In this document: positions 58,561 to 64,000 of the stretch, one piece after another
Position numbering within the stretch: the stretch's first letter is position 1
Layout of the letters: the number at the start of each line of letters is the position of its first letter
The notes under the pieces: model-generated
Database searches by the model: none
What the model was told of the DNA's origin: nothing
The model's input: only the letters and a program-made list of their open reading frames with translations
Made by a program: the position numbers and the translations under genes
Assembly: GCA_037308085.1 (NCBI GenBank)
Contig: CP147779.1
Coordinates: forward strand, 1,056,001-1,120,000
DNA length: 64,000 bases
Reading direction: 5' to 3'
Origin: Promethearchaeati archaeon SRVP18_Atabeyarchaeia-1
GTDB lineage: Archaea > Asgardarchaeota > Atabeyarchaeia > Atabeyarchaeales > Atabeyarchaeaceae

Positions 58561-59961
58561 ATGGAAATTGAAGATGTGATTCTGAGACTGATTGGGCAGG
58601 AGCTCGGCAGAATCGGAGTGCAATTCATGGAAGTCAGATACGAGAGAACCACAGGTACGGGCATAACTATCGTGGATGGAGTAACCAGAGAGGTAGGTAG
58701 GTCGATCAACGCAGGCATAGGAGTCAGAGCATTCAGCGATGGCGCCTGGGGTTTCAGCGCGACAACAGTACTCAAGGAGCCTGCAATCAAAGATACCATA
58801 GAGTCAGCTGCCAAGATAGCTAAGAGAGCGAGTAAGGCGACAAAGGAGAAGTTTGAGCTGAAGGAAGTTTCTGCGACTGAAGGCGAAAGCCGGGTGCCTG
58901 TTAAAGTCGATCCTCGCGATGTATCGGTTCAAGACAAGGTCCGATTTGTCATGGACCTCGACAGGCAGGCGACTGCTTTCAGCCCGAAGGTCGTGAATGT
59001 GAACTGCTTCATGGGAGAAACACTGGGCCAAATCACAATAATCAACTCTTTTGGTACGCACGTGAAAAAGGAAGTCTCCAGGGTGAGGGCTGGGGCAAGC
59101 GTGTACGTCGCGGAGGACGGGGTAAGAGAAAGGAGCTTCGAGGGCGTGGGCGGAACTGGAGGGTACGAAATACTGCAGAGTGAAGAGGCTAGTATGCTGG
59201 GGGAGGCTGCAGCCAAGAGGGCGGTGAAGTTGCTCGACGCTAAACCCGCGCCTTCAGGCAAATTCACAGTCGTCATGGATCCTAGACTAGTAGGGGTCTT
59301 CATTCATGAAGCGTTTGGACACGCGTGTGAAGCTGACAAGGTTATTGCTGGCGCATCTATTATTGAAGGTAGGATCGGGGACAAGATGGGTAGCGAGTCA
59401 ATTACAGTGGTAGATGATCCCTCAATTCGAGGACTATACGGGTCATTTTCGAATGATGATGAGGGCATTCCAGCGCATCCACGGGTACTTGTCGAAAGGG
59501 GTGTTATGAAAGGGTATCTCCACTCGGTGGAGACTGCCAGTAGACTGAATGCAGAGCCAAACGGCGCAGCCCGCGCTCAGGACTTCATGTCGACCCCGAT
59601 TGTGAGAATGTCAAACACATACATCGCGAAGGGTGACTGCAAGGTCGATGAGGTCTTCGAAGGGGTGAAATATGGAATCTATGCTTTAGGCAGCGAGTAC
59701 GGCTACGTCATCCCAGCGAGCGGGCAATTCACATTCAAATGCGATTATGCGCACATCATTAAGGACGGCGAACCCCGCGGGTTGATCCGGGATGCCGCCT
59801 TGAGCGGCTTGATTCTCGAGGCTCTTAACAATGTTGAAGTCGTTGGAAATGATCTCTCCTTTGAGCCTGGGGTATGCGGAAAGGCTGGTCAATCAGTCCC
59901 TGTCACCACTGGCGGTCCGCACGTTCGTGTAGCGAACGTCGTCGTTGGAGGCGTCAAGTGA
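58561..59961 (+). CDS. tldD: TldD-family metalloprotease
   Basis: G.GVR....WGF, HEAFGH..EAD, DDEG, RMSNT, CGK.GQ.VPV..GGP. Confidence 0.95.
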   Translation: MEIEDVILRLIGQELGRIGVQFMEVRYERTTGTGITIVDGVTREVGRSINAGIGVRAFSDGAWGFSATTVLKEPAIKDTIESAAKIAKRASKATKEKFELKEVSATEGESRVPVKVDPRDVSVQDKVRFVMDLDRQATAFSPKVVNVNCFMGETLGQITIINSFGTHVKKEVSRVRAGASVYVAEDGVRERSFEGVGGTGGYEILQSEEASMLGEAAAKRAVKLLDAKPAPSGKFTVVMDPRLVGVFIHEAFGHACEADKVIAGASIIEGRIGDKMGSESITVVDDPSIRGLYGSFSNDDEGIPAHPRVLVERGVMKGYLHSVETASRLNAEPNGAARAQDFMSTPIVRMSNTYIAKGDCKVDEVFEGVKYGIYALGSEYGYVIPASGQFTFKCDYAHIIKDGEPRGLIRDAALSGLILEALNNVEVVGNDLSFEPGVCGKAGQSVPVTTGGPHVRVANVVVGGVK

Positions 59962-59971
59962 GGTTGGAACA

Positions 59972-61339
59972 ATGAGTATTGACAACGCGGAAATTGACCT
60001 CTTAGAATTCGGTGAGCGACTTTTGAGTAAGACTGGAGAAGGGAGATGCGACCAGCTTGAGATATTCTTATCCCGGGAAACCGTGACCTCGGCTGAAATC
60101 GAGAAAGGTTCTCTAAAGAAGTGTGAACGGCTCTTCGACATTGGGTTCTCTGCGCGAGCCGTTAAGGAAAAATCAGTGGGGTTTGCACATTCTAGTTCTC
60201 TCGAGAATGACGACGTACGGGAGGTAATCGATGAAGCGATTACGCTGACAAAGGTCATGACTCCCGACCCAGATTTCCATTCTTTGCAGGAACCAGTAGT
60301 ATACCCCAAAGTCGTGAAGAACATCGACAAAAGAATCCTTTCGATCGGAGTGGAGGATGCAATAGATATGGCGGTTCAGGTAATGGAATCGGCGGCCATT
60401 GATGAGAGGATTCACTCTATCAACACCTCGGTTGACCTTGCATCAAGGGAAGTAGCCATAGTTAACAGCTTGGGTGTTACGGCGAACGAGAGGGACACGT
60501 TTGTCGATGCGTCTGCCAATGTAGTCTCAAAAACCGAGAGCGATATGGCTTCAGGATTCGAGTTTCAAGGAGCCAGAGCAATTAGGGAGCTAGATTTACA
60601 GTGGATCGGTTTGGAGTCCGCGAGGCAGTCAATTAGACAGCTTGGTTCAAGGAAAATCAGTTCGGGTGAACTCCCTGTCGTCTTCGGCCCTAAAGTCACA
60701 GCGGGAATAATCGCAAGCGGGGTAGCCTCTGCCTGCAGCGCAGAGAACATCTGGAAAAAGAGAAGCTACCTGACCGGCAAGTTTGGCGAGACGATAGGCA
60801 GTGACGAGATCACCGTCGTCGATAACGGAACTCTGCCTAATGGCATTGCCACTGACCCCTTCGATGGAGAAGGCGCCCCCAGAACTGTAACAAAGATAAT
60901 GGATAAGGGTGTCCTCAAATCGTCGCTCCACAATTCGTATACGGCAAGAAGAGCGGGCGTCAAGAACACAGGAAATGCGGCGAGGGGCGGGGGCTGGGAC
61001 TACAGAGCAACCCCGAGCATCGGATATACGAACCTGATCCTGAAACCGGGAAAGGGAAACCTAGATGAACTAGCGTCCGAAGTGAGCGAAGGTATCCTAC
61101 TGCTGTACACTGGGGACAGGCCGAACTTGGCAACAGGTGAGCTCAGTGCACAAGTTACGGTAGGATTTAAGATAGAGAAGGGGGATGTTACGTACCCCAT
61201 TAAACAAGCGACCGTTGGAATCAAACTAATCGATCTACTCCAGAACATGGAGGCCGTAGGCGAAGACGCGAGACAGATATCCGGAGTGATTGCGCCGAGC
61301 ACAAGAGTGAGCAAGGCGATGATCTCTGGTGGAACATGA
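59972..61339 (+). CDS. pmbA: TldE/PmbA-family protein
   Basis: PFDGEG, TGNA.R, no HExxH; directly downstream of tldD. Confidence 0.92.
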   Translation: MSIDNAEIDLLEFGERLLSKTGEGRCDQLEIFLSRETVTSAEIEKGSLKKCERLFDIGFSARAVKEKSVGFAHSSSLENDDVREVIDEAITLTKVMTPDPDFHSLQEPVVYPKVVKNIDKRILSIGVEDAIDMAVQVMESAAIDERIHSINTSVDLASREVAIVNSLGVTANERDTFVDASANVVSKTESDMASGFEFQGARAIRELDLQWIGLESARQSIRQLGSRKISSGELPVVFGPKVTAGIIASGVASACSAENIWKKRSYLTGKFGETIGSDEITVVDNGTLPNGIATDPFDGEGAPRTVTKIMDKGVLKSSLHNSYTARRAGVKNTGNAARGGGWDYRATPSIGYTNLILKPGKGNLDELASEVSEGILLLYTGDRPNLATGELSAQVTVGFKIEKGDVTYPIKQATVGIKLIDLLQNMEAVGEDARQISGVIAPSTRVSKAMISGGT

Positions 61340-61388
61340 GGTATATTAGATGGGACTCCGTCTCAAGACGACGAGGATGTGAAATATA

Positions 61389-61772
61389 GTGGTCGACGAA
61401 CTGGAGAGAATTAAGCTGAGAAAGATGGGAGAGATGCGTAAACAGATGGAACAAAATAAGAAGCTGCAGGAAGACCAGAAGAATCTCGAGGAGAACAAGC
61501 GGAAGATAATCGCTGCCGTCCTAGAAGCTGACGCCTATCAGTACTTTGAGGACCTTAAGAAGAGGGATACGGCTACGGCCACGGAGATCGAGAACCTAGT
61601 TATAAGCCTCGCTTTGAACAAGCGGCTCAAGTACAAGCTGGAGGCTGTTGAAATAGAAGCTCTGGAGAGAAAGATCAAAGGCGTGGAGCCCAGGATCGTG
61701 ATCAAGCGGAGAGGAGGGGACGAGATCGATCTCACGGAGAAGCTGAAACGCGGCAGAGAAGAGGAGGAGTGA
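61389..61772 (+). CDS. PDCD5-like double-stranded DNA-binding protein
   Basis: DELERIK.RK..E...K..I...L...A......K....A..IE...I pattern. Confidence 0.7.
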   Translation: MVDELERIKLRKMGEMRKQMEQNKKLQEDQKNLEENKRKIIAAVLEADAYQYFEDLKKRDTATATEIENLVISLALNKRLKYKLEAVEIEALERKIKGVEPRIVIKRRGGDEIDLTEKLKRGREEEE

Positions 61773-61956
61773 ATCGAAACAGTCTTCACTAGGCTGCGAG
61801 TCCGGGGATTTCTCAATTCTGAACTCGCTGTTCCGCCCTGCGAGAATCGCAACCTAACAACAATTCTTATTTAGCCATTTTACTTCTTAAAACTTAACTT
61901 CCTAGATGGAGTACTCACACAGTGTTTCACCGATTCGTTCACGAGGAGATAGTTCG

Positions 61957-62679
61957 ATGTCATTAGAAAGAGTAAAAACTGGGATAGAGTCACTCGATGC
62001 CCTGATCGAGGGGGGTATCCCGAAAGGCAGAATCATACTGGTGGCTGGAGGATGCGGAACTGGCAAGAGCATCCTATCAACCCAGTTCCTTTACATGGGA
62101 GCCAAGTACTATAATGAGCCAGGCATCATGATTACAACTGAGGAGAGACCTAAGAGCATTCGTCAGAACATGTTGCGCTTCGGATGGGATCTCAAACAAC
62201 TTGAAGATGATAAGAAAATTGCCATAATTGATGCAGCTTCGCCAAAAGCCAGAATACCCTCATCTGAGATGTACAAGATAAGTTACTACGATACAAATAG
62301 CCTGCTCCTCAAAATCTACGAAGCTGTAAATGAAATTGGAGCCAAGAGAGCTGTGATCGATTCAATACCAGGCCTTGCGCTTCGGCTCGAGTCTGAGTCA
62401 GAGATAAGGAGAGCAATATCACAGTTGGGGTCGCTTCTGGCAGAGCTGGATTGCACTAGTTTGGTTGTCTCAGAAGTCAATGTTCCTGGAAGGCTGGGAA
62501 GATATGGCATAGAGGAATTCATAGCCGACGGGGTCTATCTACTGGAGAACGTCCAGGTGGATGGAAAGTTCGAGAGAACCTTCTCAATAGTGAAAATGAG
62601 AGGCACCAACAACAGCAAGGATATGCATGGACTGAGGATCACAAACAAGGGAATAGAGATAATGGCGCGGAAAGACTGA
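61957..62679 (+). CDS. Single-domain KaiC-like RecA-superfamily ATPase
   Basis: RVKTGI..LD....GGIP, GGCGTGKS, TEE, VIDS, EEFIADG, KMRG. Confidence 0.93.
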   Translation: MSLERVKTGIESLDALIEGGIPKGRIILVAGGCGTGKSILSTQFLYMGAKYYNEPGIMITTEERPKSIRQNMLRFGWDLKQLEDDKKIAIIDAASPKARIPSSEMYKISYYDTNSLLLKIYEAVNEIGAKRAVIDSIPGLALRLESESEIRRAISQLGSLLAELDCTSLVVSEVNVPGRLGRYGIEEFIADGVYLLENVQVDGKFERTFSIVKMRGTNNSKDMHGLRITNKGIEIMARKD

Positions 62680-62804
62680 GAAGTTGGCAGCCGCTCTGGC
62701 CAAGCCTTTTCCTGCCCTCCACCTTTCTACATTTGCATCCCCGGAACCAGTTTATTTTGAGTAATCAGTTTCTTCTTGTTTTGTCCAGCAATTGTACGAA
62801 CCGT

Positions 62805-63857
62805 CTACCTTGCTAGTTTCCCGAACGCAAGACACAGTCTCACCCAACTGAAATCGTTTATCTCCTTCAGCATTGCGTTCAGCCTTCCTTCATCTCCCTT
62901 CTCAAATATCTCCAGCAGAGTTGAGGACTGCTTGAAGGCTGTCGTTTTCCTCACTTCGTCATTCTTCACGCTGTCAATAATGCCTCTCGCGCCTTCGAGG
63001 TCACCTGCAAGTAATCGATCAATCGCGGCTTTCCTGAAATCCTCCGCTGCTCCGCTCATATCCCCCTTCTTGACTTCCTCCTCAGCGGCTCTTGCGTGAC
63101 ATCTTGACGCTTCAGCAGGTTGCTTTGCCTTTTCATATATCGCCGCGGCTTCCGACAAGAGATGGTCAGCTTGGTTGTGGTCGCCAGTCCTGGTGCTCTC
63201 GTCTGCTGCGCTCTGCAGATCTTCTGCAGCTTGGAGAAGGATCCTATCCCCCTCCCTGTTGTTGCCCGCTTGAACAAGCACTTCTGCCGCTTTCATTAGG
63301 CACCTTGCAGCTTCATCGAAGTGCCCCGCTCCGACGTAAAGATCCCTGGCGTCGCGAAGTGCTGATGAGGCACCCCTGGCATCATTTATCTGGAGTCTTG
63401 CGCTTGCCTCTTTCTCAACGTGCTCTGCAGCCAAGAGCGGCTCACTCAGAGTCCTATACTCTTCTGCGACCGCCCTCAGACTCTCAGCAACTTCTTGGAA
63501 CACATTCGCACGCCTATACGCGTCTGCGGCTTTCAAATAGACTGGTATCGCTCCTCTATGATCTTTTCTGTGAAGATGCTGCTTTGCAGCTTCGAGGTAG
63601 GTCTCTGCGGCAAGCTTGGGTTGACTCAGACTGTCCAGAACTGGCGCAGCTTTCTCAAGGAATCCCTCGACACTCTCGCTCCCTTCATCTTCATAGAGCT
63701 TGATTGCCTGGGTTAGGAGCCGAATAGCTTCAGCATCCTCTCCCTTGTCTCTCAATCTCGTCGATGCCTCAAATAGCTTCTCTGCCGCGGCGCTCTTTAC
63801 CTTCATGGAACGGTATCTTTCGGCCTCAGCTTTTAGTCTCTCGATCTCATCGGCCAA
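62805..63857 (-). CDS. alpha/gamma-SNAP-like TPR solenoid protein
   Basis: Repeated AA..Y..AA helices; C-terminal AAID.L..GD...A and LLE.FE.GD segments resembling SNAPs; GGAGG SD. Confidence 0.65.
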   Translation of the reverse strand: MADEIERLKAEAERYRSMKVKSAAAEKLFEASTRLRDKGEDAEAIRLLTQAIKLYEDEGSESVEGFLEKAAPVLDSLSQPKLAAETYLEAAKQHLHRKDHRGAIPVYLKAADAYRRANVFQEVAESLRAVAEEYRTLSEPLLAAEHVEKEASARLQINDARGASSALRDARDLYVGAGHFDEAARCLMKAAEVLVQAGNNREGDRILLQAAEDLQSAADESTRTGDHNQADHLLSEAAAIYEKAKQPAEASRCHARAAEEEVKKGDMSGAAEDFRKAAIDRLLAGDLEGARGIIDSVKNDEVRKTTAFKQSSTLLEIFEKGDEGRLNAMLKEINDFSWVRLCLAFGKLAR

Positions 63858-64000
63858 GTCAGATTCTCCTCCTAGCGAGTGTCGCTAACTGACCAATACT
63901 GATTTGACACATAACTATTTCCCATAGTTTATGCCCAGAAACTCAAAGGTAAAATACTGGGTCATAGATATACTCCTCCTAAGGAGGCGAGGAATAATTT

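Noticed and set aside
61957-62679. Circadian clock system
   Set aside because: Single-domain KaiC-like ATPase with no kaiA or kaiB; such proteins are common in archaea
1-64000. CRISPR arrays, rRNA/tRNA genes, transposases, integrases, proviral genes
   Set aside because: No spaced repeats or diagnostic motifs seen by eye; a tRNAscan-SE or Infernal run could still find small RNAs I missed

Overview
A gene-dense 64-kb archaeal chromosomal window with about 50 CDS. It very likely comes from an Asgard archaeon. This is inferred from a Rab-like small GTPase, a roadblock/LC7 protein, two longin-like proteins, an alpha/gamma-SNAP-like protein, an STT3-like AglB, a presenilin-like protease, a PPP phosphatase and a PDCD5-like protein occurring among ordinary archaeal genes (nadB, ino1, serS, nreA, acdA, tldD/tldE, kaiC-like). 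I found no rRNA, tRNA, CRISPR array, integrase or transposase. The most unusual region is 8.2-20.8 kb. It holds (i) an LpxC-like Zn deacetylase in frame, behind a single TGA, with an M20 hydrolase homolog lacking its catalytic residues; (ii) a stand-alone uS12 whose PNSA decoding loop reads PSSG and whose first 100 codons have no T-ending codon, convergent with a free-standing LAGLIDADG endonuclease-like gene at a strand-composition flip; and (iii) a 2345-aa Lhr helicase with four AlkZ/HTH_42-like modules, the last three at exact 400-aa spacing. Elsewhere there are a candidate ~100-nt structured ncRNA with its own TATA box, an unlisted 53-aa linker-histone-like microprotein, two membrane-protein/longin pairs, and a TrmB-like protein split by a ~880-aa helical rod with a central hinge. 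All assignments come from reading motifs by eye; no database searches were run.
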